DNA of 64,000 nt from a virus (lineage: Duplodnaviria; Heunggongvirae; Uroviricota; Caudoviricetes), in IMG/VR virus record IMGVR_UViG_3300005660_000003, positions 10,261-74,260 of that record; one strand, 5' to 3'. Below, piece after piece: positions 30,117 through 39,379 of the stretch (position 1 is the stretch's first letter; the number at the start of each line of letters is the position of its first letter). The notes beneath the pieces were generated by a model. That model saw only the letters and a list, made by a program, of their open reading frames with translations, had not been told where the DNA came from and did not search any database. A program made the position numbers and the translations under genes.

Positions 30117-30332
30117 TTATTTGGTTCTAAAACTTCTTGTAAACAAATGTGTTAAAATACAACCATCTCTTACGTCACGCCCCTCTGCGTCTAAATCTCT
30201 GGGAGATTCGACTCTAGTGCTCATTGGAACATAATTCATACACTCCATGTATTTATCATATTCCCACTCTGTAACACTCTTTTCTATTTCTAGGGCTAAG
30301 TCTATATCTTCTTGCGGCGTTTCAAATTTCAC
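30117..30332 (-). CDS. small hypothetical protein
   Basis: 71-aa ORF. Confidence 0.3.
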   Translation of the reverse strand: MKFETPQEDIDLALEIEKSVTEWEYDKYMECMNYVPMSTRVESPRDLDAEGRDVRDGCILTHLFTRSFRTK

Positions 30333-30337
30333 AATTA

Positions 30338-30955
30338 TTAATCCTTTAGAAATTCCACTATATATTTAGCTGGCACGAAATGTGCTTCATTTTCCCCATT
30401 AATTCTAGAAGATAAAACCCCCACAAGTTTTCCGTTCCTAATCAGTGGACCTCCGCTCATTCCAAGTTCAACAGATCCTCGTGTAACCATGAATTGGGCC
30501 TTCGTACTACCAACAAACATATTATAGCTTTCTACTACCACATATCTGCTATCATAGTTACCGCCCAAAGGAAAACCGCAAGATAAACATCTAGTGCCCG
30601 GTTCTACAAATTTAGGATCAACAACAAAGGGTCGGCAAATTATATGAGTGTTTTCTGCTGAAAGCAGCATTAAGTCTTGGTCTCTGTTAATTGTTTTAAC
30701 CATCATAGGTAAGGTTGCGGACACTTGCGTAGTATTGAAGATACGAAATTCGGCATCCACAACATCTCCCTCACCACCTTCACCTATACCGTGAGCACAA
30801 GTTAGAATTAATATTTCTTCTTTACATTTAATTATAGTGCCAGAAAATTTTTCTTTGGAGTTATAAATAAGCTTGACATGGGGGCTGTAGCTGTATTCTT
30901 GAGCATGGATTGTGGTTGAAAAGAGTAAAAATATAAAGGTAAAGATTTTTAACAC
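30338..30955 (-). CDS. secreted trypsin-like (S1) serine protease
   Basis: Signal peptide. TCAHG (His) and GMSGGP (Ser) catalytic motifs. Confidence 0.7.
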   Translation of the reverse strand: MLKIFTFIFLLFSTTIHAQEYSYSPHVKLIYNSKEKFSGTIIKCKEEILILTCAHGIGEGGEGDVVDAEFRIFNTTQVSATLPMMVKTINRDQDLMLLSAENTHIICRPFVVDPKFVEPGTRCLSCGFPLGGNYDSRYVVVESYNMFVGSTKAQFMVTRGSVELGMSGGPLIRNGKLVGVLSSRINGENEAHFVPAKYIVEFLKD

Positions 30956-31125
30956 GTTAATCCTTCAGGTTCTGATAATGGTTCATTACTATACAAGTAT
31001 ATTCCATAAGAAGGGTTTTTATTAAATGGGCGGAAATCCCCATCTTCATATAGAAATCCCAACACTTCGTCTTCCTCAACCAATATCCCGGCCTATTAGG
31101 AAAATCATACGTCCAATGTAAAGGT

Positions 31126-31716
31126 TTATTCATTTAGATCACCAAACTGCTTATAATACTCGGGCAAATCGTGTCCTTTACGGACACTCAATATTCCGTT
31201 AATCTCTTCTTCTGAAAAGATTCCGAATTCTCCGAAATGCTTCTTATAGGATTCGGGGCTAACATCTAGGCTTCTCATTTCTGGCTCTAACTGATTCATG
31301 TAATCTGTACGCTGGGAGTGCACATGTCCGAAAAGGTGGTAAGATCCGTGGTGTGACTTATTCCAGTACAAGATTGGATAGTGAAAAAGAATAGTTGGAA
31401 CGCCGCACACTTTTGTTTCGTAAGTTATGCGAAACCTGTATCCAAAAACTTCTTGGCAAATGGAAATTGCTGGTTCATGATTGCCGACGATTAACCATAC
31501 ATCCTTAATCTGTATTAATTGTCGATATTTCATGAACTCTTTTCTTTGCCCAAAAGCAAAATCTCCCAAAATATATAATCTATCATGTTTAGTTAATTTC
31601 TCATTTATTATACTTGATGTATGATCAATCCAACTTTGTACAGTAAAACCTTTTCTTCCCGGAAAATTTATAGCTCTTTCGTGACCCCAATGAAGATCGG
31701 CTGTAAAATAATTCAA
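31126..31716 (-). CDS. metallophosphoesterase (phage Ser/Thr phosphatase-like)
   Basis: DLHWGH...GDFAFG...GNHE motifs. Confidence 0.7.
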   Translation of the reverse strand: MNYFTADLHWGHERAINFPGRKGFTVQSWIDHTSSIINEKLTKHDRLYILGDFAFGQRKEFMKYRQLIQIKDVWLIVGNHEPAISICQEVFGYRFRITYETKVCGVPTILFHYPILYWNKSHHGSYHLFGHVHSQRTDYMNQLEPEMRSLDVSPESYKKHFGEFGIFSEEEINGILSVRKGHDLPEYYKQFGDLNE

Positions 31717-31726
31717 GTTTAAACCT

Positions 31727-32257
31727 TTATTTTTCTGTGTTACTAAGTAAGCTTATTGCTGTTGTTTTTATAAAGCTATTAAGGCGAATATACTCTGTTT
31801 CAATTCCTAGAAATTCCGCATCTACAGTTATTAATTCAGTAAGCTCATTGTCTATAGTTTCAGAGTGTTGAATTTCTTCAAACGTCATACCTCTAAGTTT
31901 TTTACATAAAACCGCCGAAATTAATTCAGCTAATGCTAAATCTGAATCATAATTTTCAACAAGATACGCTATTGGGTCTGTTATATAATATGTTATAGAA
32001 CAATCTACCGCACAACTTATTCCGTCTTTTGTTGTTAATTGTATTGTAGAAATATCTAATGGTTGTCTAACCTTTGTTAAGATTACTATTTCAGTCAAGA
32101 ATGGGTAATGCCAACGAAGGCCAGAGCCAACTTCTAAAACAGATCCGTCGTATTTAAATTTTACCATACAATCAGTTGCTTTAACAATTGTACGTCTTGG
32201 TATAAAGAGACCCAATGTCTCCATTACCTCTTTGATCCAACTAAATGCTGATTCCAA
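31727..32257 (-). CDS. hypothetical protein
   Basis: 176-aa ORF. Confidence 0.4.
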   Translation of the reverse strand: MESAFSWIKEVMETLGLFIPRRTIVKATDCMVKFKYDGSVLEVGSGLRWHYPFLTEIVILTKVRQPLDISTIQLTTKDGISCAVDCSITYYITDPIAYLVENYDSDLALAELISAVLCKKLRGMTFEEIQHSETIDNELTELITVDAEFLGIETEYIRLNSFIKTTAISLLSNTEK

Positions 32258-32272
32258 GATAATGCTCCAATT

Positions 32273-32557
32273 TTATAAAAAGATACATTTGGTCCCATAT
32301 AGATCAATGGTGTTAATCTCTATTCCGTCTTTTGTGTATTTCCCATTTTTTAATCTATATTCAACATACACACCTCTTCCTTTATCAAGATACTGCGTTA
32401 TTTGTTCCGCAAGTTTTCCAGAATAAAAGACATCAACATATAGGGTCTCATCGCTGGTCTCGTTTTCCGCCACACGAATTTTTGTCCAAGGCCCATTGGC
32501 CCCCTTGTTTAAAATGGGCTTTTTAACAAGATTTCCAATTATAGAATTATTTTGCAA
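32273..32557 (-). CDS. hypothetical protein
   Basis: 94-aa ORF. Confidence 0.35.
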   Translation of the reverse strand: MQNNSIIGNLVKKPILNKGANGPWTKIRVAENETSDETLYVDVFYSGKLAEQITQYLDKGRGVYVEYRLKNGKYTKDGIEINTIDLYGTKCIFL

Positions 32558-32603
32558 TATTACACTCCCGATAAAGGTACTTCTCTATTTTTTGATTTTA
32601 AAT

Positions 32604-32864
32604 TTATAAGCGAACTACGTTCGAAGCATAAAGAATTGGATTCTTTGAATAAGCACGGCGTCTATTGGTTTTTTGTACACAAATTTCGACTTTGTCTGGA
32701 TCAAAATATATCTTACATTGTTTAGATTTAAGAATTTTAACTATTTCCCCGACTGAATATTCTGTGCCCGCCCCTGTCTTTATGCTAAAAAGAACCATAT
32801 CTCCTACTGAGATTGGGCATTTAAATGCGTCTCTAGTCATGTAGTTTCTACTTCTTCTAACCAA
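32604..32864 (-). CDS. hypothetical protein
   Basis: 86-aa ORF. Confidence 0.35.
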   Translation of the reverse strand: MVRRSRNYMTRDAFKCPISVGDMVLFSIKTGAGTEYSVGEIVKILKSKQCKIYFDPDKVEICVQKTNRRRAYSKNPILYASNVVRL

Positions 32865-33083
32865 CTTATGGCGTGGGCAATTGTCCGCAAATAATCCTCT
32901 TCACTAAAGTCCTTTAGGTTTTTCCCCACTGGGTAATACCTATCATCTAAACTTGCCCCGTTTGTCCAGCCAATATTGTTTAATTGCATGCCAAATAACC
33001 CAGTAGATTGCCCAAACAAGTAAGTTAGGTCTTAAGTTATATATTGCAATCTAGCTAATTCTGTATCTTTCAAGAGGTGTTCC

Positions 33084-33380
33084 TTATAACTGCTTTATTT
33101 TAGTTTTGATGTATTTTTGCCATCTGTCTTCTAAATCTCCATAAGTAAATAACCACAATCTTTCATCTTCTTTGTCTACCAAAAGGTAAGCATTTTCTCC
33201 ACCATTAGTACTTCTACCAGCTTTAAAATAATCGAACTGATATCCACGATATTCGTAAGAATCTGTGGATTCAATATATTTAATTTCTGGATACATTTTA
33301 CATAGCACTATTTGAGCTTCTTGCTTATCGCTTGGTAAAGATGAACCGGGTATTGTTAATTCTTGTGTTTTATTAGCCAT
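33084..33380 (-). CDS. hypothetical protein
   Basis: 98-aa ORF. Confidence 0.4.
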   Translation of the reverse strand: MANKTQELTIPGSSLPSDKQEAQIVLCKMYPEIKYIESTDSYEYRGYQFDYFKAGRSTNGGENAYLLVDKEDERLWLFTYGDLEDRWQKYIKTKIKQL

Positions 33381-33406
33381 ATTTTATGCCTCATCTAGCG
33401 TAGATA

Positions 33407-33446
33407 AATAGAAAAAAAGAAGAAAAAAGAGAAGTATTATATAGGA
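33407..33446 (+). promoter_or_regulatory. promoter-like cassette aaatagaaaaaaagaagaaaaaagagaagtattatatagg
   Basis: It lies 34 nt upstream of the Met at 33480 (signal-peptide start). This implies that 33480 is the real start rather than the ORF-track start at 33450. Confidence 0.5.
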
Positions 33447-33479
33447 AAGATGAATCTTTTAATTATTGGAGAAAGAAAT

Positions 33480-34172
33480 ATGGGAAAAATCCTAAGAATA
33501 TTTATCATTTTATTGTTATTTTGTTCAGTTTCTGTGGGCGACCTAATACCACGTTACCTAAACATTCCACCTTACGGAAGGATAGATTTACAAACATACT
33601 CTAGACAATACAGAGACGGATCAGCTTGTCAGTGTGACATGTGCCTTTCAATATATCCTTATCAAAACACTTATTTCGCACAACAGAATCAGCCTCAAAT
33701 TAAAGCTTCTGAGGAATTACCACTTAACGTGGGGCAAGAAGCCACACCTATGGAGCTAGTTAATGCTGGAATTAAAGTCGCCAGACTAAAGTCTAGCGAT
33801 ACCTTTTGTGACATTGGTGCTGGGGATGCCCGTTGGGTAATAGCTGCAGTAAAAAGTTCTGGGTGTACAGGTATAGGTGTAGAATACGATAAAAGATTAG
33901 TAAAATTAGCCCGTAAAAATGTGGAAGATGCTGGCTTATCTGGTAAGATCACCATTATTGAAGGAGATGCTCGCAAATACGATTACTCAAAAATTACTGT
34001 AATATCCGTGCATTTATATGATGATCTACTCAATGAACTAAAAAACTTAGGGGCTTTTAATTATGCACAAACCATTATAGCTCCATACCATGACATACAA
34101 GGATTAGACATGAAGCAGGTTGATGGTATCTGGATTTATAATCGGCCAACAAAGGCAAATGCCCGCATATAA
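33480..34172 (+). CDS. secreted class I SAM-dependent methyltransferase
   Basis: Signal peptide MGKILRIFIILLLFCSVSVG. SAM-binding DIGAGDARW...GIGVEYD...IEGDARK. Confidence 0.6.
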   Translation: MGKILRIFIILLLFCSVSVGDLIPRYLNIPPYGRIDLQTYSRQYRDGSACQCDMCLSIYPYQNTYFAQQNQPQIKASEELPLNVGQEATPMELVNAGIKVARLKSSDTFCDIGAGDARWVIAAVKSSGCTGIGVEYDKRLVKLARKNVEDAGLSGKITIIEGDARKYDYSKITVISVHLYDDLLNELKNLGAFNYAQTIIAPYHDIQGLDMKQVDGIWIYNRPTKANARI

Positions 34173-34212
34173 ATGCGGGCAAAAGTCCGAGAAAAAAATA
34201 AAAATGATATGA

Positions 34213-34254
34213 AAAATAGAAAAAAACAAGAAAAAAGAGAAGTATATAATAGGG
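34213..34254 (+). promoter_or_regulatory. promoter-like cassette aaaatagaaaaaaacaagaaaaaagagaagtatataataggg (contains TATAAT)
   Basis: 40 nt upstream of the 34295 ATG. Confidence 0.5.
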
Positions 34255-34294
34255 CGATATTCTTTTTAACACTTAAATAAAGGTAATTATAATA

Positions 34295-34813
34295 ATGGCA
34301 ACATTTTCTCGTGGTACGTACGGAACATCCGATAATGGTGGTGGTGGAGTAACTCTTGGTAATGGTACAGTAAGTGCAATACAAGGGCAGTCAGCAATTG
34401 CTGGAGAAGCTGGCACTTCTGTTTTACCTTCTGGGAGCACGAACAAAACCTATTCTTCTGGTACACTTGATTACAATAGAACCGGTGGCTTTGTTCAGCA
34501 TTCAGTTTTGGTCGAAGACGTAAACGGAGTTGCTGCTAATGATTTCTATATGACTAACAATGGGTCAATTGCTGATGAACAACACTCAAGTAAGTATGCT
34601 GTCAAACGATCTATTACTAGCTATGATCAGTACGGGCGACCAACTTATGGTGCTACTGACGGTACGCGTTATGGTCTTTACACAACTAGCGGAACCCCAG
34701 TAGATAAGCCAATTGACGCCGCAAAAGATCCATATGGAACACCGGCGACATTTGTTACCCTTGATGGATTAGCACCAGTGGTTCATTCATTTTCAGCACT
34801 AACTTCTTACTAG
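34295..34813 (+). CDS. Gly/Thr/Ser-rich hypothetical protein (possible structural or surface protein)
   Basis: 172-aa ORF of low-complexity composition. Confidence 0.45.
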   Translation: MATFSRGTYGTSDNGGGGVTLGNGTVSAIQGQSAIAGEAGTSVLPSGSTNKTYSSGTLDYNRTGGFVQHSVLVEDVNGVAANDFYMTNNGSIADEQHSSKYAVKRSITSYDQYGRPTYGATDGTRYGLYTTSGTPVDKPIDAAKDPYGTPATFVTLDGLAPVVHSFSALTSY

Positions 34814-34822
34814 GATAAGACT

Positions 34823-35071
34823 ATGAACTTTTTAACAAAACTTACAAGTGTATTTACAAAAAATGTACCAGATACTTCGGATTCTGGCAAAGTAGACACA
34901 ACGGATGTAGCAAAAGTATTGCGGACATCTGTCTTCATTGCTCTATCTTCTGGTCTAGCTTACTTATTAAACGCTATAGACCCAACCGTTTTTGGAAGCT
35001 ACAGTCCACTTGTTGTTGTAGCTGGAACAGCATTAATGGAATTTTTCACAAAATTGTCAAAGGGAAACTAA
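34823..35071 (+). CDS. small membrane protein
   Basis: 82 aa with a C-terminal TM segment. Confidence 0.4.
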   Translation: MNFLTKLTSVFTKNVPDTSDSGKVDTTDVAKVLRTSVFIALSSGLAYLLNAIDPTVFGSYSPLVVVAGTALMEFFTKLSKGN

Positions 35072-35395
35072 ATGTTAGAACCGCTTAGTCAGTATTGGAT
35101 TATACCAATTGGAATAGTAATATTGCTTGGGCCGAAAGTTTATAGCTATTTTAAAGATAGTGTATCAAATATTAAACTACCTTCTTTTGCAAAGGGTAAA
35201 GTGGAAAGCGTGGATCAAGTTGGTGTAGTTAATAAAGATGTTGAAGCCGTACAATGGTTGGCAAATCGTGCCGTAGACGTTGGTGATAAAGACCTAATTT
35301 TGGAGTTAGAAAATGTTAATAAGAAATTTTTTCATATTCACTGCGATATGCGTAAGCCAAATATTAGTAATAGCTCAAACGAGCCCGCAAAGTAA
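35072..35395 (+). CDS. small membrane protein
   Basis: 107 aa with an N-terminal TM segment. Confidence 0.4.
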   Translation: MLEPLSQYWIIPIGIVILLGPKVYSYFKDSVSNIKLPSFAKGKVESVDQVGVVNKDVEAVQWLANRAVDVGDKDLILELENVNKKFFHIHCDMRKPNISNSSNEPAK

Positions 35396-35741
35396 CATAG
35401 CTGACTCTATAAAAAATGTTGCTAACACTGAGAATATAAGTAATATTGAGCTTGAAAAGGCTTACATTGCTTACATGGGTGCGTATCAATATGGAAAACT
35501 ACTTGACTTTGAAGGCTGTGAAGACTTCGCTGAATTATTTGACAAGATGCGGCTCGTTACCACTCGCCTACAATATGTTAGGAATGCTAAACTGAGTGAT
35601 GCGGCCTATGCAGAATTAAAAGAATTCGAAAAAGATGATAAGGGAAACCCCATTCCTTTTGATTCCGAGCATCAGGCTGCCTTTATGGAGAAGGCTTATC
35701 AAGTAGCGGAAGGTCTAAAGGCAGCAATTGAACGTGAATAA
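35313..35741 (+). CDS. secreted hypothetical protein (start uncertain, overlaps upstream ORF)
   Basis: Signal-peptide-like N-terminus. 142 aa. Confidence 0.35.
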   Translation: MLIRNFFIFTAICVSQILVIAQTSPQSNIADSIKNVANTENISNIELEKAYIAYMGAYQYGKLLDFEGCEDFAELFDKMRLVTTRLQYVRNAKLSDAAYAELKEFEKDDKGNPIPFDSEHQAAFMEKAYQVAEGLKAAIERE

Positions 35742-36798
35742 AACAAGGCATTATGTTTATAAAATAACAAATAAGATTAATGGTAAGTTTTATATTGGTA
35801 TTAAATCTTCTAGGCTTAACTTTTTAGATACTAATTATTATGGAAGTGGGAGGTTAATTAAAGCTTCTATTAAAAAACACGGTAAAGAAAATTTCTTAAG
35901 AGAAGTTCTTTTTGAATTTAGAACTCGTGAAGAAGTCTTAAGTAAAGAAAAAGAATTGGTTACCAAAGATTTAGTTAGTAGCCATAATTGTTACAATATA
36001 ACAGTTGGTGGTGGAGGATTTACCAATCTCAATTATCGTTCACTTCCTATAAAGAGTCTTGATTTTATGGGTAAAATAACTTACTATAAGTCTATGCTTG
36101 ATGCCTCACTTTTAGTTAAGGGATGTAATAGAACTGGCGTGCGTAATGCTATTATTGGTAAAGCAAATACCCATAATAATTTATATTGGTCTAAAGCTGA
36201 TAAAGACTTTTTAATCAAGAAAAATAGAAACTCTATTACCCCGTGCTTTTCACTAGATGAAAATAGTAGTAAAATTTACTATAATTCATTTTCAGAAGCC
36301 TCAAAGGCTACAGGGGTAGCTTGTAGTATAATCAGGAGATGTGTGGTTTCTGGTAAGGGCACTGGTGGCGGATTTAATTGGTATAAAACTACATCAAAAT
36401 TAGACTCATCTAGTTTCCGTGGAAAAAATTATTTAACTAGAAAACCTTGTATTTCTATAGATAAGACTGGTGCAAAGAAATATTATTCTTCTATTACTGA
36501 AGCTAGTAAGCAAACTGGTATTTGTAATACAAATATTTGTTTATGCTTAAAATTAAAAGCACGTTCTGCTGGTGGATTATCTTGGTATTATACCGATTCT
36601 GAAACAAATAAATTTAATGGAGTCGGTCCCCGCACCAAGTGTTACGAAAGTACAGATTCTAGAGGAAATAAAAAACGTTATAAATCCTTAAAAGAAGCTG
36701 CAAAAAGCAACAATTACAGTGTAGATTATATCTCTAAAGCTGCTAAAAATAATTTATTAGTTGCTGGATTAAAATGGGAGAGAATAAATGCTAAATAA
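35728..36798 (+). CDS. GIY-YIG homing endonuclease with C-terminal repeated helix-turn-helix (NUMOD/IENR-like) DNA-binding modules
   Basis: HYVYKITNKINGKFYIGIKS is GIY-(10)-YIG. Repeats YY(N/S)S(F/I)(S/T)EASK.TG. Overlaps the intein-containing gene start by 11 nt. Confidence 0.8.
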   Translation: MNVNKTRHYVYKITNKINGKFYIGIKSSRLNFLDTNYYGSGRLIKASIKKHGKENFLREVLFEFRTREEVLSKEKELVTKDLVSSHNCYNITVGGGGFTNLNYRSLPIKSLDFMGKITYYKSMLDASLLVKGCNRTGVRNAIIGKANTHNNLYWSKADKDFLIKKNRNSITPCFSLDENSSKIYYNSFSEASKATGVACSIIRRCVVSGKGTGGGFNWYKTTSKLDSSSFRGKNYLTRKPCISIDKTGAKKYYSSITEASKQTGICNTNICLCLKLKARSAGGLSWYYTDSETNKFNGVGPRTKCYESTDSRGNKKRYKSLKEAAKSNNYSVDYISKAAKNNLLVAGLKWERINAK

Positions 36799-38773
36799 TA
36801 CTGAGGGGTGGATTCACGACCCACGAGCCATAGAAGAGGTGATGTCTTCTCTTGAGCAACCATTCTTTTTTCAAGCGGCTGACGTTTTACAAGCTACTGG
36901 TAAGGGTAAATCAGCTTACCTTTATGAGAATTTTAAAAAGTTAAATATTCCATATCCCAAGCCACTCCAAGCTGGCGAAGGAGACTGTTTTAATCCGTCT
37001 TCATTAGTTACTATGGCTGACGGCTCTAAGAAATCTATCATTGATATTAAGGTTGGTGATTTAGTAATTTCTGCAATTGGTAATATTAAAAAGGTTTTAT
37101 CGGTATTTAATAAACCGTTTACTGGTAAAATGATTAAAATAACTACTCAGAGTTACCATAAACCATTGATTTGCACACCTGACCATAAATTAGTTCAATG
37201 TGTTAGTAAAAATACCACTAGATGGAATCGAGCGGATCTATTAGATCTTAAAGATTATATTCTAGTTTCAAAAATGCCTAACATAAATAATGAAAAAATA
37301 TACGATTTATCACAAATTTGTCCGAAGTCTGAGAACGTAGGTACTGATCAAATTAAAGCAATTAGATCTAATAAATTAGCTAACAGATTTATTAAGAATT
37401 CAGAAAAATTATTTTGGTTATTCGGTATGTATTTAGCTGAGGGAAGTTGTGACTTAGGTGGTGACAAATTACCAAAAAGAATTACATTTAACCTATCTAA
37501 TGATGAAATTTTAATAGCTGAAAAAATTAAACAATACATTAAAGATGTTTTTAATCTTGATGCTATTATTTGTAGTGTCCCATCGAAACCAAGTGTTTTG
37601 TACGTAAGAATTGGTAGTTATTTATTTGCTAATTTTGTTAAACATTTTTGTACCGGAAACGTTTATTCTAAATCATTTAGTGATGACTTTAAAATAGAAT
37701 CATTTTCTAATAAGTTAGCATTGCTTGAGGGATGGATGGATGGTGATGGATGGGAAGATAGAAAAGGCGTAACCGTAAGTGAAAATTTAGCTTATAATTT
37801 TTTTGATATAGCTAATTCTTTGGGCATGAATGTTAGAATTGATCATCGTAAAGCATACAAACAAAGTAAAAAAAGTTATTCGGTCGATATTAATTGTAGT
37901 GTTAAAACTTATGAAAAAGCTAAAGTTTTTACGAAAACTAGACTAAGTTATAATTTTATCACTAAGGTAGGTAAAGCTGCTAAAATAAAAAATGTAGAAT
38001 ATATTGAGCCAGAAACTGACAAGGTTTATTGTATTGAGGTAGAGGGTGATAACTCATTTATCTGTGACGGTTATGGTGTTCATAACTGCGTCTCTCACGC
38101 CACATCTTTGGCACTCGACACTTTATCTGTTACTGAAATTGTAAATGGCGATAGAGAAGTTTGGGTTGCAAGATCCGCTAGCGAATACGTTTATCATGTT
38201 TCTAGGATGGTAATCGGTAAAGGTAGATTTGGCTCCGGCGGAGGGTCCGTGAATGCTTATGCCGCTAAGGGTCTTCAGGAATATGGTAGTTTACGACGAA
38301 CCCAATATAACTCTGTAGATTTAACTAAATACTCTGAGAAAAGAGCGTATTCTTGGGGTCGTGGTTCTATTCCTAAAGATCTTTATGACATAGCTAAGGC
38401 CCAGAATATTGGTAAATTTGCAGCTATTAAAAATTTTAGTGATGCGTGCGACAGTCTTTATAATGGATATCCAATTGTTGTTGCGTCAAGCCAAGGGTTT
38501 TCTTCTACGAGAGATAAGGATGGTTTTTGTAGACCTCAGGGTAGCTGGATGCATTCCATGAGTGTACTTGGATATAAAGACGGTAGTCGTCCCGGTGTTG
38601 CAATTTGTAATTCTTGGCCCAGCTTTTTACCCGGAGAAAATGAGTTTGGGTTACCACCATCGTGTTTCTTCTGCGATGCTTCTGTCTTTGATAATATGTG
38701 TAAAATGGGTGACACTTTTTCATTAGCCGGATTTAACGGTTTTAAACCACGTGCCGACGCTCGTGTAATTTAA
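36788..38773 (+). CDS. papain-like (C1 family) cysteine peptidase interrupted by an intein
   Basis: The 294-aa extein has Q-x5-C (QAGEGD|C), ...HSMSVLGYKDGS... and NSWP...GENEFG, matching papain Q19/C25/H159/N175 plus NSWG...GENGY. Confidence 0.7.
   Translation: MLNNTEGWIHDPRAIEEVMSSLEQPFFFQAADVLQATGKGKSAYLYENFKKLNIPYPKPLQAGEGDCFNPSSLVTMADGSKKSIIDIKVGDLVISAIGNIKKVLSVFNKPFTGKMIKITTQSYHKPLICTPDHKLVQCVSKNTTRWNRADLLDLKDYILVSKMPNINNEKIYDLSQICPKSENVGTDQIKAIRSNKLANRFIKNSEKLFWLFGMYLAEGSCDLGGDKLPKRITFNLSNDEILIAEKIKQYIKDVFNLDAIICSVPSKPSVLYVRIGSYLFANFVKHFCTGNVYSKSFSDDFKIESFSNKLALLEGWMDGDGWEDRKGVTVSENLAYNFFDIANSLGMNVRIDHRKAYKQSKKSYSVDINCSVKTYEKAKVFTKTRLSYNFITKVGKAAKIKNVEYIEPETDKVYCIEVEGDNSFICDGYGVHNCVSHATSLALDTLSVTEIVNGDREVWVARSASEYVYHVSRMVIGKGRFGSGGGSVNAYAAKGLQEYGSLRRTQYNSVDLTKYSEKRAYSWGRGSIPKDLYDIAKAQNIGKFAAIKNFSDACDSLYNGYPIVVASSQGFSSTRDKDGFCRPQGSWMHSMSVLGYKDGSRPGVAICNSWPSFLPGENEFGLPPSCFFCDASVFDNMCKMGDTFSLAGFNGFKPRADARVI
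36986..38086 (+). mobile_element. intein (367 aa) with LAGLIDADG endonuclease domain, inserted immediately before the catalytic Cys of the peptidase
   Basis: CFNPSSLVTMADG (block A). CTPDH (block B). LFGMYLAEGS and LLEGWMDGDGW. Ends GVHN|C. Confidence 0.8.
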
Positions 38774-38785
38774 GGATAAATCTTC

Positions 38786-39379
38786 ATGAAGTATAGAATT
38801 GTAATCTTGTTAGTTCTTTTTTTTGTTTGGCAAAATATGGGTGGCCTTGGACCTCTAAGTCCCCCATTTATTGCTGATCTATCCGCCCAAGAATTAGAAG
38901 CTAAAGTTATAGCTGCTCTTTTGGTTTTATCTGATGATGGGCCTACGCCCATCCCCGTAGTTATACCAGAAGTTAAAATTATTACACCTCTGGAAGAGCC
39001 TAGAGAGGTAGTCGAGATCGAAGATCTCGCCACTATTCCCGGTCGCAGGCCAAGGGTAATTTTACTTACAGACACTAAGCGTTGTTCTCCATGTGTGCTT
39101 ATGGATAGAACAATAGTTAATGTCCTTAAGCAAGATAACTTTAAATCCGCTGGGTGGACAGTTGGCAGGGATAATATTAACACTTTAGAAGTAGTAGACA
39201 TAAATAAAGACAAAGAAAAGTTTTGGGAGTATTCTACCCTACTCTCTAATAGTAATTTGAACTATAACTCTACTATTCCAGTTTTTGTTAGAGTAAATAA
39301 AAAGGGAGTTATAGATAAGATTAGCGGACCCATGACACTAGAACAATTTATCACCTTTAGTACAAAGTTTGAAGAGTAA
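38786..39379 (+). CDS. secreted thioredoxin-fold protein (CSPC motif)
   Basis: Signal peptide. C-x-x-C and a thioredoxin-like beta-alpha-beta context. Confidence 0.5.
   Translation: MKYRIVILLVLFFVWQNMGGLGPLSPPFIADLSAQELEAKVIAALLVLSDDGPTPIPVVIPEVKIITPLEEPREVVEIEDLATIPGRRPRVILLTDTKRCSPCVLMDRTIVNVLKQDNFKSAGWTVGRDNINTLEVVDINKDKEKFWEYSTLLSNSNLNYNSTIPVFVRVNKKGVIDKISGPMTLEQFITFSTKFEE

Noticed and set aside
34163-34186. Hairpin gcccgcatataaatgcgggc at the end of the secreted methyltransferase gene, considered as a rho-independent terminator.
   Set aside because: The stem is good, but it is followed by AAAAG rather than a U-tract on the coding strand. At best it is a weak or bidirectional terminator.
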